Source: Promethearchaeota archaeon
GTDB lineage: Archaea; Asgardarchaeota; Lokiarchaeia; Sigyniarchaeales; SOKP01
Assembly: GCA_048940645.1 (NCBI GenBank)
Contig: JBHLOI010000005.1
Location: forward strand, 32,001 to 96,000
Reading direction: 5' to 3'
Length of the DNA: 64,000 bases
Shown here: piece after piece, positions 29,101 through 37,786 of the stretch
Layout of the letters: each line of letters opens with the position of its first letter
Position numbering within the stretch: position 1 is the first letter of the stretch
Position numbers and translations under genes: made by a program
Notes under the pieces: generated by a model
Told to the model about the DNA's origin: nothing
The model's input: only the letters and a program-made list of their open reading frames with translations
Database searches by the model: none

Positions 29101-30905
29101 CCGAATATATTGGAAATTTTATTCAATTCAGATTCATTTCATTTTTGGATGATAATTTTGACCCTCTGAATTATAAGGGGTTAATGCTGGATTCTTTTGA
29201 ACTAAGTAATTATTCAAATTTATATACCCCTCGCATCTTTTTTGATTTGAGCAAGGACATTTCCTCACTTAATGGTTCAAAATTCGAAAAGTTTGGTTTT
29301 TCTTGTGAATATTTTGATAGGGATAACAATTATCCGGATTTTGTATATATCGAAATGGATGGAGCTAATTATTCAATGTATAACGTGTTTGGACATTGGA
29401 ATATTAGCTTAAATATTAAATTTATCAGATCATTATTATTAGGCGAGATAAATAATCATACTTTTAGATTTCATGCATCTGATGGCATATATATTAATTC
29501 TACTGAATGGTTCAATATTAATAACACCCTCTTTAATTTTATTAATCCCATACCTTATCAGTTTAATTTGAATTATAGCAATAAATTAATTGGATACCAA
29601 TTTTCAAGCAAAGTTATGACAGATTATTATGTTGTAGGAACCCCAAATCCTAAAGAAAGTACTGCTTGGTTTAACGGAGATAATACATGGCATCCAATTA
29701 AACGATATCAACAAGATTATATTTATGGAGGTAGAGGAAATAGTTATAAAAGTATATATCAAGGATATGGACCAAATTGGGATACAAAATTAATTACATA
29801 TCCACTATATTTAAGAAGTGAATATAATTGTTATCTAAAATTTGATTATGAAATTGTTCTACAAGAAGACTTAGATAGGTGTATTATCTCCGTATCAATA
29901 GATTATGGAGAAAATTGGATTATATTAAAAGAATATTATTCTGATTTATCAGGGAATGAGTCTATAGATCTCTCAGAATATACAGACGAAATAATTATGG
30001 TTATGTTTACCATAAACTCTGATGATGAGACGACAAGTCTAGGATATGGCTGGCTTTTATCAAACATATATATTGGTTATGATAAAACAACAGATTTTAT
30101 AAATCCAAAAGTTTACATTATTAGCCCATTAAATCAAGAGACTGTAAGTTCAATTTATACCATAAGAGCAAATTTATCGGATAATATTAACTTAGATAGC
30201 TCAAGGATTTATATCTATATAGATGGAGTACTTGTAGAAAGAAATTTATATAGTTTTGACAAGGACACAGGAATTTTAGAATATAAATGGGATACAACTT
30301 ATTATTCTGATGGAAAACACGAAATAAGTGTAACTGCTTTTGATAAAGAGGGAAATAGAGAAGACGCAACTGTTAATGTAATCGTGCGAAATGGATTTTT
30401 CAACTGGCGCACTTGGGGACCATGGGTAATGGTTTTTCTAGGTTTAATTATTATCGGTTTTATTACTTATAAAGTAGCTAAAAGGAAGATAAAGATTAGG
30501 AAGGAAAGAATTAAGAATTTAAGTATAGAAAAAATTAGATTTAAAGAAATAGAGACAGAGCAAAAAATAAAAAGAATTGAGGCAATTAAATTAGAGGAAG
30601 AAAGGGGCAGACCTTTAACACTTTATTGTAAATATTGTAAATCATGGTTTAAATCAATTAAATTCGATTATATTTGTCCTATTTGTGAACATGATCAGAT
30701 TTATGCTGCGTATAATTGCTTAAATTGTAATAAATGGTATTTTAAAGATGAACCTGCCGAGGATTATTATTGTAAAAATAAAACTTGTAAAAATATAAGA
30801 TTAGTTAGAAGAGAAGAAGAAGAGATAAAAGAAATTCTGGAAAATGATGGGATTATACTTCGGAAATTTGATCGAAAAAAAAGGAAATTCAGTATATTAG
30901 ATTAA
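26184..30905 (+). CDS. Membrane-anchored S8 subtilisin-like protease with Ig-like/beta-sandwich domains and a cytoplasmic zinc-ribbon tail
   Basis: Triad VLDSG, GHGT and GTSIS plus oxyanion AAGN. The frame is open upstream of the ORF-track GTG (26382), adding a signal peptide and an I9-like prodomain. A Big_7-like domain (WDTT..DGKHEISVTAFD..GN), a TM and four Cys pairs lie at the C-terminus. Confidence 0.85.
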   Translation: MRKKLNSVILLILIIVSNLGFLVLYHNLYSASNSFDNREKKYEVQISDISNEHVIVFFNQSSYNPNVKLRFEYYGGIVKLENDWNNIFSSISGFSGIIPIENITLFKNEFPDINIEIDEIIETQMNYASFQTGAKNSTWYLNGYTGNTDSSIAVLDSGLNLNHVFLKDKVSGWQSFIEDKSILDDFGHGTLISSIIAGTGSDLYNSGTPSIVNLYGKYSHIDLFGSDPSPNNFTIKAFSFNTSKINSKIILNSSWNLLKDGIDGFWFELYCDNILVNSSSNVIPTQRNLIIHQVSESGLGVYDLYIKYHKTNKFPIFSFNSSTSFFPEFYVINNNHYTGIANSSQILAYKIVNETGKGYVSDLISALGSIIQNRSKYHIVSTCLSIGTYGDNFGAINKVIDDVIDNGIMVIIAAGNRGVLGTQSTVNKLAIANDAIVVGATNDNDQITSYSGIGHQLDIVAPGGSKLRNHRTVISADFKSNSTTSAFGTSISTAIVSAATNVLIEAIWGDWTEWEDHDPQERVGIIKSILLMTASETNLQRENDPLTSVDERQYSPASFSGSLNSIKDEHEGYGRINLQVAIDALTKYLDVNTSISDYLYSSEENPLAKHAFARRVVLKPNKQYLFNITSKDTTGDFDLFLFSNESKGNGEPIILQTSGNWLDLLYFTPKQNQTECIIVVKTNNGYGNFTLKISNVKNNYAPQLEIPEISYFDDTKSKNTTVMGFQEYTGSYRPKNYSIDSYRFYINYFDNDSTNIPPQEVYVSIIELSMNYSLSQDNESDNNYMDGALFISNYLKLSVPMIYHYFFIASDGSHITRYPEIGEISILIEYPYDSEKFPNYHSFNTGLGNWTFNGTGWGLLKQYNSVDNRANIYENNWTSLYFGASHNYPMNYSYQPSLITESYPNGTLFSPLFDLTQLNENLTTPFAKFGLRTSINLGDLIILEIGLNWTNWITLRIFTNEEREWYIEEFNLTEYIGNFIQFRFISFLDDNFDPLNYKGLMLDSFELSNYSNLYTPRIFFDLSKDISSLNGSKFEKFGFSCEYFDRDNNYPDFVYIEMDGANYSMYNVFGHWNISLNIKFIRSLLLGEINNHTFRFHASDGIYINSTEWFNINNTLFNFINPIPYQFNLNYSNKLIGYQFSSKVMTDYYVVGTPNPKESTAWFNGDNTWHPIKRYQQDYIYGGRGNSYKSIYQGYGPNWDTKLITYPLYLRSEYNCYLKFDYEIVLQEDLDRCIISVSIDYGENWIILKEYYSDLSGNESIDLSEYTDEIIMVMFTINSDDETTSLGYGWLLSNIYIGYDKTTDFINPKVYIISPLNQETVSSIYTIRANLSDNINLDSSRIYIYIDGVLVERNLYSFDKDTGILEYKWDTTYYSDGKHEISVTAFDKEGNREDATVNVIVRNGFFNWRTWGPWVMVFLGLIIIGFITYKVAKRKIKIRKERIKNLSIEKIRFKEIETEQKIKRIEAIKLEEERGRPLTLYCKYCKSWFKSIKFDYICPICEHDQIYAAYNCLNCNKWYFKDEPAEDYYCKNKTCKNIRLVRREEEEIKEILENDGIILRKFDRKKRKFSILD

Positions 30906-30934
30906 TAAGAATAATTAAAATATGAAGTGATAAA

Positions 30935-33910
30935 GTGGGATTAAAAAGAATCTTATATAAGATTAGAAATAAATTGAATCTTCAATTCATAAAACATACT
31001 TGGCTTAATTTAAAGAGAGATCGGGCAAAAGCAATATTTGCTATATTAGGAATTATGATCTCAATCGTTTTATTAACTGCAATTGGGATGGTAAATGATA
31101 CAATGTCATATAATTATATGCAAATAATAACCAGTAGTACTGGGAATGCTGATATTATGATCTCAAAAAGGATAAAGACAGATATTAGTTTTAATCCTTA
31201 CTTCGATGAAGACATCATAAATAATGATTTACAAGACATTGAAGGGGTTGAAGAATTCTTCCCAAGGATAATGATGCTAGTCCGAGCATCTTCAAATAAG
31301 TCCTCTACAAATTCAACTTTAGAATTGTATGGCTTAGATTTTTTAAAAGAGGCTAGTAATGGTCATATGGGAGATTTATTATTAGTTGATGAAAATGGAC
31401 TTAAAACTGGAAGTCGTTATTTAAACGAACCTGCTAGTGGACAGTGTGTGATCTTATGGAGAGTTGCTGACTTAATGAATTTAACCATAGGTGATTTTAT
31501 CCATCTAGAATATTTAGATGATATTAATTTAGAAGTTGTCGCGATATGTGAACAAGATTTAAAATTCACAGAATTGGAAAATTCATTGATATTAGTTAAT
31601 CTACAACAGGCACAGTCTTTTCTTGTATCAGGAAATAAGGAAATCAACTTCATATATGGTACCTTAGAAAATCCCGAGAGGGTATACGATATACGAAATA
31701 TTGATGAAACTAAGAGAAAATTAAGAGAAATTGGTACACGTATACAATCTAATTTAGATATAAATGAATTTAGTGTTTCACTGCCTAAACTTGAAGAAAT
31801 TGGTGCTGAGGAGTTCATGCTAATTGCTATGACTGTTATTTTTTGGTTCATTACAATTATTGGAATGCTTATTACAGGGATATTAATAAACTCAATATTA
31901 TCAACTTCAACTGAAGAAAGAGTTCGGGAATACGGAATTCTTCGAGTTGTTGGTGGTAAAAAAACTTTTCCTGTTAAAGTGGTCGTGTTTGAAGGTGCTT
32001 TAATCGGAACCATCGGTTCACTTTTAGGAATTATAATAGGATTGATATTTACCCCTCCAATAATTAATTTTTTATTCGTAGTGACTGGTTTTCCGTTGCA
32101 AAATGTAGAATATATTATTCAGCCTCAAACAATCTTTCTTGCATTCTCAATAGGAGCTGGAGGTGCCTTAGCTGTTTCAGTATTACCCGCTCTTAAAACT
32201 GCTAAAATGAATTTAATAAAATCAATTACCCCCTTTCATGCAAAGGAAGAAGGATGGGAAGTTAGGAAAGAAGGAAGTGTTAATGTCAAAAGCTTTCTTG
32301 TAGGAATCTCTATTGCCACAATCGGGATGGTAGTTTTTGTTCTTTTACCTACAATATTCGTTAGTGGTGAATTTATGTTAATTGCAGGATTATTTATCGG
32401 ATTACTAGGCGCTATTCTAATTGGTTTTGTTTTTGCATCAGTTGGAATTGTTCCTCTAATACAACAAATATTCCTTGGACTTATTAAACCTACAATAAGA
32501 AAATATGCTAATATTATAAAAATTTCTTTAAAACGTAATAGAAGGCGTAATACAAGCACTATAGTCATGTTTGCAATTAGTTTTTCATTTATCTTCTTTA
32601 TAACTAGTGTAACTGAGATGGAGTCCGAAAATATGTCATTAAATTTAAGATTCCAATATGGTTCAGATCTAGTTTTGATTAATCAAGGATTAGAAGGGGA
32701 CCCCAATGCTGTTACCTCAGAAATGGCAGAAGAAATTAAGATTCTTCCGGGTGTAGATGATGTAGCAATAACGCTATATAATATGTTTGATATAACATCA
32801 GTTTTATCAGTAATCTATGATTTTAGTGAGGGAGGAATGTTTGATGAAGAATCACTTAACGAAGCTTTTCTAAATGTTTTTGAATTTTATACAGAACAAT
32901 CAGAAAGGAAATATAAAACGAGGGCCTCAGATCTAATTGCTTTTGAAGAGTTTGAAATTGGCCTTATTGGAATAGAGGAAGATTTTATCGATTTGATAGA
33001 CAAAAATCTTCTGATCTGGAATAGTCCGAGAAGTGGAAATGAATATTCTTTTAGCCAACTCTTTAATCATAATGATACATGTATAATCTCAGGATCACTT
33101 GCCACAGTTCTTGGAATTAAAGATATTGGTGAAAAAATATTAATTTCTTTTTATGAGAATGAAACAGGGACTGAAAGAGGGGACCTGGTGAGAGATCCTT
33201 TAATTTTTACGGTTGCTGGAATTTCTGGTGGAATACCAGGATTCTGGAATATTAGAAGTTCTGTTTCAATGGCGGCAGGTAGCGGAATTATTGTTTCTTT
33301 GGAGAATTATATACGATTAATGGATATTGAAAATCCAGGAAGCCCAGATATGACAGTTGATAAAATTTTTATTAATCTAATAGATGATTCTGAAGAAAAC
33401 ATTGAAGAAACTAAAGAAGAGATTCAATCCACACATCAAGATAAAGATTTTTTTGTTGATGATGCTATCTCGAAAATAATCTTCCTTAATGATATGTATG
33501 AGCGACAAAGTACATTAATGGAAATTATTAATTGGTTTGCTATTGCAATAGCCGTTTTTGGCCTAATTAGTTCTATGTATGCAGTAATGCTTGAAAGGAA
33601 ATTTGAAATTGGTATTTTAAGGTCTGTTGGAATGAAAGTTAAAAATGTTAGGAAATTATTCCTAATAGAAAGTATGATTTTAATGCTATCCAGCGGAACA
33701 ATGGGGACAATAATTGGAACTTATTGTGCATATTTGTTAGAGACAAATATGGGTCTTATGACAGAGATGCCGATTGTTTTTGAGGTCCCTCTTGATGTTT
33801 TATTAAGAGTTTATTTCATCTCAATATTAGTAGGATTTATAGGTATGTATATAATATTAATACGGTTGAGTAGGCAAACAATTATGGATATCTTTAGGCA
33901 AACATTTTAA
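30935..33910 (+). CDS. FtsX/MacB-like ABC permease, internally duplicated (permease B)
   Basis: Same architecture as permease A; ERVREYGILRVVGG and ERKFEIGILRSVG; shares YGSDLV and DKIFI motifs with it. Confidence 0.9.
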   Translation: MGLKRILYKIRNKLNLQFIKHTWLNLKRDRAKAIFAILGIMISIVLLTAIGMVNDTMSYNYMQIITSSTGNADIMISKRIKTDISFNPYFDEDIINNDLQDIEGVEEFFPRIMMLVRASSNKSSTNSTLELYGLDFLKEASNGHMGDLLLVDENGLKTGSRYLNEPASGQCVILWRVADLMNLTIGDFIHLEYLDDINLEVVAICEQDLKFTELENSLILVNLQQAQSFLVSGNKEINFIYGTLENPERVYDIRNIDETKRKLREIGTRIQSNLDINEFSVSLPKLEEIGAEEFMLIAMTVIFWFITIIGMLITGILINSILSTSTEERVREYGILRVVGGKKTFPVKVVVFEGALIGTIGSLLGIIIGLIFTPPIINFLFVVTGFPLQNVEYIIQPQTIFLAFSIGAGGALAVSVLPALKTAKMNLIKSITPFHAKEEGWEVRKEGSVNVKSFLVGISIATIGMVVFVLLPTIFVSGEFMLIAGLFIGLLGAILIGFVFASVGIVPLIQQIFLGLIKPTIRKYANIIKISLKRNRRRNTSTIVMFAISFSFIFFITSVTEMESENMSLNLRFQYGSDLVLINQGLEGDPNAVTSEMAEEIKILPGVDDVAITLYNMFDITSVLSVIYDFSEGGMFDEESLNEAFLNVFEFYTEQSERKYKTRASDLIAFEEFEIGLIGIEEDFIDLIDKNLLIWNSPRSGNEYSFSQLFNHNDTCIISGSLATVLGIKDIGEKILISFYENETGTERGDLVRDPLIFTVAGISGGIPGFWNIRSSVSMAAGSGIIVSLENYIRLMDIENPGSPDMTVDKIFINLIDDSEENIEETKEEIQSTHQDKDFFVDDAISKIIFLNDMYERQSTLMEIINWFAIAIAVFGLISSMYAVMLERKFEIGILRSVGMKVKNVRKLFLIESMILMLSSGTMGTIIGTYCAYLLETNMGLMTEMPIVFEVPLDVLLRVYFISILVGFIGMYIILIRLSRQTIMDIFRQTF

Positions 33911-34503
33911 GATGTTTTTAAATTTTTCTTAAGGAATTGAATCATTTCTTTCCAAGCTTTCCCTCTATGGGAAATTTTATTCTTTTCTTCTATCGATAAT
34001 TCTGCAAATGTCTTATTGGGAATATTATCGGGGATGAAAATAGGATCAAATCCAAACCCTCTGGAACCTTTTATTCTCTCTGATACTTTTCCCTCTACTC
34101 TTCCCTCAAAAAGAAAATCTTTATTTAAAGGCTCGAAAAATAAGGCAATAATCGCAATAAAATGAGCTTTAGACTGTTTAAAATTATTAATTAATCGTAA
34201 AATACCCTCATTTCCTATCGTTTTAAATACATAAGAGGAATACACGCCAGGAAATCCATTAAGAGGATCATCAATAAAAAATCCTGCATCTTCTATAAAG
34301 CAAGAGCAATTGACTTTTGACTTTGCACTATTTAATTTAAATAAAGCATTTTCTCTTAATGATTCTGTCTGCATCTCAATGGTTTTAAAATTTAGCTGTT
34401 TTAGTTGATAAGGGATTTTCTCATTTTCAAACAACTTTTTTATTTCATTAAATTTATATTTATTTGTTGTAATAAAATAAATTACATCATCCTCTTTATT
34501 CAT
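33907..34503 (-). CDS. rdgB: Non-canonical purine NTP pyrophosphatase (HAM1/RdgB)
   Basis: TTNKYK, EDAG, GFPGVYS, GFGFDPIF, KNKISHRGKA. Confidence 0.95.
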   Translation of the reverse strand: MNKEDDVIYFITTNKYKFNEIKKLFENEKIPYQLKQLNFKTIEMQTESLRENALFKLNSAKSKVNCSCFIEDAGFFIDDPLNGFPGVYSSYVFKTIGNEGILRLINNFKQSKAHFIAIIALFFEPLNKDFLFEGRVEGKVSERIKGSRGFGFDPIFIPDNIPNKTFAELSIEEKNKISHRGKAWKEMIQFLKKNLKTS

Positions 34504-34643
34504 AATTGCTATAATTCTCTAAGGTTTATTTATATATAGTTCTAATTTCCTCTACTATTAAATTGAAATTCCAAAATTTTATTTTGGAGAGTTCATTTAA
34601 GTTTATATCTAATTTATGATCATCAGAATATTGCTGTGATATC

Positions 34644-35102
34644 ATGGCTCGAATGCATAGTAGAAAAAGAGGAAGATCAGGTTCAAAACGACCGGCAAGA
34701 TTGGAAAAGCCTGTTTGGGTGGAACTTAGCGGAGAAGAAGTAGAAAGTGAAGTGGTAAAATTAGCTAGAAAAGGTCTTTCTAAATCTAGAATAGGTACCA
34801 CTCTTCGAGATTCTTATGGTGTTCCATTGGTAAAAGTCGTTACTGGTAAATCGATTAGCCAAATTCTTGAAGAAAATGAAATTGAAGCACCATTACCTGA
34901 AGATTTATCAAATTTAGTTAAAAAAGCATTGAATATCAGAAAACATCTTGAAGCAAATCATAAAGATTTAGAAGCTAAAAAGGGTCTTAATAGAACTGAG
35001 TCAAAAGTATATAGACTCATCAAATACTACAAAAAGAAGGGAGATCTCGAACCAGATTTTAAATATGATCCAGAAAAAATAAGAACAATAGTGATGAGGT
35101 AA
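34644..35102 (+). CDS. rps15: 30S ribosomal protein S15 (uS15, archaeal/eukaryotic S13e type)
   Basis: MARMHSRKRGRSGS, LRDSYGVP, PEDL..L..KA, ESK..RL..YYK. Confidence 0.97.
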   Translation: MARMHSRKRGRSGSKRPARLEKPVWVELSGEEVESEVVKLARKGLSKSRIGTTLRDSYGVPLVKVVTGKSISQILEENEIEAPLPEDLSNLVKKALNIRKHLEANHKDLEAKKGLNRTESKVYRLIKYYKKKGDLEPDFKYDPEKIRTIVMR

Positions 35103-35109
35103 TTTTACA

Positions 35110-35886
35110 ATGAGTCAGAAAGCTAGAAAAAGGAAACCTAAAACTAAAAAAATTTCTTTCAAAGATAAAAATTGGTTTACAGTAATAGCTCCAAAAAGTT
35201 TCAATTTTAGAGAGATTGGGGAAGTTATTGGATTCCAAAATAATATATTAGGAAGAACGGTTGAAATTTTATTATATGATATCACCCAAGATTATACAGA
35301 TATAAGTTTAAAGCTAAAATTTAAAATCGTAGATTTGAATCCAGAAGGAAATACATGTAATAGCATTTTTTGGGGACATCAGTATACAAATGATTATATA
35401 CGGTCATTAATCGGGAGAGGAAGTTCAAAAGTTCAATTAATTCTAAATCTAACTACAAAGGATAATTGGACTTTCCGGCTTACCACCATTTGTACCACAA
35501 TAAGAAGAGCAAGAAGTTCTCAGCAAGTAATTATTAGGAAAATCATCTCGGAAATTCTTAAAGAATTTGCTAAAAATCTGAATCATGAGAAGTTCAGTAA
35601 TGGAATTATTTATCATGAATTTGAAAATCAAATTACCAGAGTTGCTAAAACTATCTATCCCTTATCTAATTGTACGATAGTTAAAAGTAAAATAATATCT
35701 ATACCTGAAGGTGGGGAGGATAAAATATTTGTTCCTAAAGAAGAGGATTTTGAGATTGTTGAAGTCGAAGTAAAACGTACACGAAAAAGTGAGATAAGAA
35801 GAACTGAAAGGATTAACGTTAAAAAATACGCCCAAGCAAAAGCTTCTAAAGATTCTGAGAGTGACAATAAAGATACAGATGAGTGA
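35110..35886 (+). CDS. rps3ae: 30S ribosomal protein S3Ae (eS1)
   Basis: K.WFTVIAP..F, GRTVE, DYIRSL, TIYPL; charged C-terminal extension. Confidence 0.93.
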   Translation: MSQKARKRKPKTKKISFKDKNWFTVIAPKSFNFREIGEVIGFQNNILGRTVEILLYDITQDYTDISLKLKFKIVDLNPEGNTCNSIFWGHQYTNDYIRSLIGRGSSKVQLILNLTTKDNWTFRLTTICTTIRRARSSQQVIIRKIISEILKEFAKNLNHEKFSNGIIYHEFENQITRVAKTIYPLSNCTIVKSKIISIPEGGEDKIFVPKEEDFEIVEVEVKRTRKSEIRRTERINVKKYAQAKASKDSESDNKDTDE

Positions 35887-36040
35887 TAACACTTTTTTTA
35901 ATAAAGAAAAACACTAACTTTTTTTAAAGAATTTTTTATTTAGAAGAGTTCTATATTTTGAGTTGCATTAATTTTAAAACATAAGTTAATAAAATGATTA
36001 ATATTATTATTCAAAATAATTTTAATATAAGATTATTAAC

Positions 36041-37768
36041 ATGTCTAATGAAGAAGGCAACAGAGATAATCCTTATTCCTTTGATGATTATCAATATGTA
36101 AGAGATAATTTTAACTATTATCGAGATGATGAATTTTTTCAAGTTTTAGTCAGACATTATTGTCCTCCTGATGAATATGAGATAATCAATCGTGACCTTT
36201 CTGCTTTATCAGATTATGTTTCGTATAAATGGAAAGATCTTGCTGATAAGTCGACTGAACTAGAAAATAGAATAAAAGTTACCAAAATTAAACATTATGA
36301 TGCACATAATCATCGAATTGACAGAATCGAACGCTGTTGGGAAACAGAAACTTTAGAACGGGAAATATTTAGCCTTGGACTTTGGGATCCAAATAGAAAT
36401 ACACCATGGAGTAGATTCATTAAAATGTTTTTATTATATGAAAATGGAGAAGCTGGTGTGATGTGTCCAGTAGCTTGTACTCATGGTCTTATATGGCTTT
36501 TACAGAAATATGAAAATGAATTATCTCCTAAAGCTTTTGAAATACTCCATTATTTAAGAGATGGGAGAAATGGAGAATATGCTAGAGGTTCTCAGTTTGT
36601 TAGCGAAATTCAGGGGGGAAGTGATGTACCGGCAAATCTTGTTGAAGCCGTATTTGAAAGAGAAGGAGGTCCGGATAATATATCAAACGTATGGAGACTT
36701 TATGGTCAAAAATTCTTTTGTTCAGCAGTCCACACGGATTATGCACTTGTTACAGCCAAACCTAAGGATTCTCCTTCATCAACCAGGGTAGCAGCATTTG
36801 TGGTACCAGCATGGCTTCCAAACAATAAGGAAAGAGAAATTAGAAATTCATATACAATAGATCGCCTAAAACCAAAATTAGGAACTGCTGAACTACCAAC
36901 GGCTGAAATCACCTACAATGGAGCGGTTGCCTATCCTATTGGTCCACTTGAGAAAGGTTTGGCTAATGTTGTTGGAATAGTTCTTTCTTTATCTAGATTA
37001 CATGTGGCATTTGGTATGGCAGCGGGAGCTTTAAGAATAGCTAGAGAAGCAATATTATATGCAAAATTTAGAACCGCTTTTGGTGTCCCAGTTGCTTCTT
37101 TCCCTATGATGATTAATCAAATTAATGAATTAGATCATTTTGCCAAGAGAACTGCTGTTGGAGCTTTTAAAGTATATTCCGAATTTATTCACTTTAAAGA
37201 AGAGTTAATTAGTGGCATAAGGGATTTACAAAAAATTGAGGATCTTGAGGAACGAAAACGTAGATATAGATTACGTGAACTTATAATGCTTCAAAAAATA
37301 GTAGTAGCAGATGAATGCCCTAAAATGATAAGAATGGCAATATCTTTTTTTGGCGGTCATGGGGTAATGGAAGACTTTTTATGCTTCCCGAGGTTTGTGC
37401 GTGATGCTTTTGTGCAGGAATTATGGGAAGGACCACGTAATGTATTATTAACTCAAATACATAGAGACTTTCAGAGAGTAAGAGATTGGTATCCTCCTAA
37501 AGACTTTATTAGAGATTTACTACAGGGAGCTAATAATGATTTAATAGAAGAATATGCAAGTGAATTTTCAAGAATAATATCTCATGAGAGCCTATTGAGA
37601 AATGATGAAGAAACATTAAAGATTTGTAAAGACTGGGAAATATTTTCAAATGAACTTTTTATCGCTTACCAAGAACAAGCACTTCGAGAATTAAATTACG
37701 AAGAAAAACCAATTAAATTCTCGAAATTATTACGTCAATTTAAAAAAAGAACGTCAATCACGGATTGA
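36041..37768 (+). CDS. Acyl-CoA dehydrogenase (AidB-like)
   Basis: CPVACT, SEIQGGSDV, GQKFFCS, RLKPKLG....PTAEI, GGHGVME, WEG..NV. Confidence 0.9.
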   Translation: MSNEEGNRDNPYSFDDYQYVRDNFNYYRDDEFFQVLVRHYCPPDEYEIINRDLSALSDYVSYKWKDLADKSTELENRIKVTKIKHYDAHNHRIDRIERCWETETLEREIFSLGLWDPNRNTPWSRFIKMFLLYENGEAGVMCPVACTHGLIWLLQKYENELSPKAFEILHYLRDGRNGEYARGSQFVSEIQGGSDVPANLVEAVFEREGGPDNISNVWRLYGQKFFCSAVHTDYALVTAKPKDSPSSTRVAAFVVPAWLPNNKEREIRNSYTIDRLKPKLGTAELPTAEITYNGAVAYPIGPLEKGLANVVGIVLSLSRLHVAFGMAAGALRIAREAILYAKFRTAFGVPVASFPMMINQINELDHFAKRTAVGAFKVYSEFIHFKEELISGIRDLQKIEDLEERKRRYRLRELIMLQKIVVADECPKMIRMAISFFGGHGVMEDFLCFPRFVRDAFVQELWEGPRNVLLTQIHRDFQRVRDWYPPKDFIRDLLQGANNDLIEEYASEFSRIISHESLLRNDEETLKICKDWEIFSNELFIAYQEQALRELNYEEKPIKFSKLLRQFKKRTSITD

Positions 37769-37786
37769 AGATTTTTCTTTAAATTT

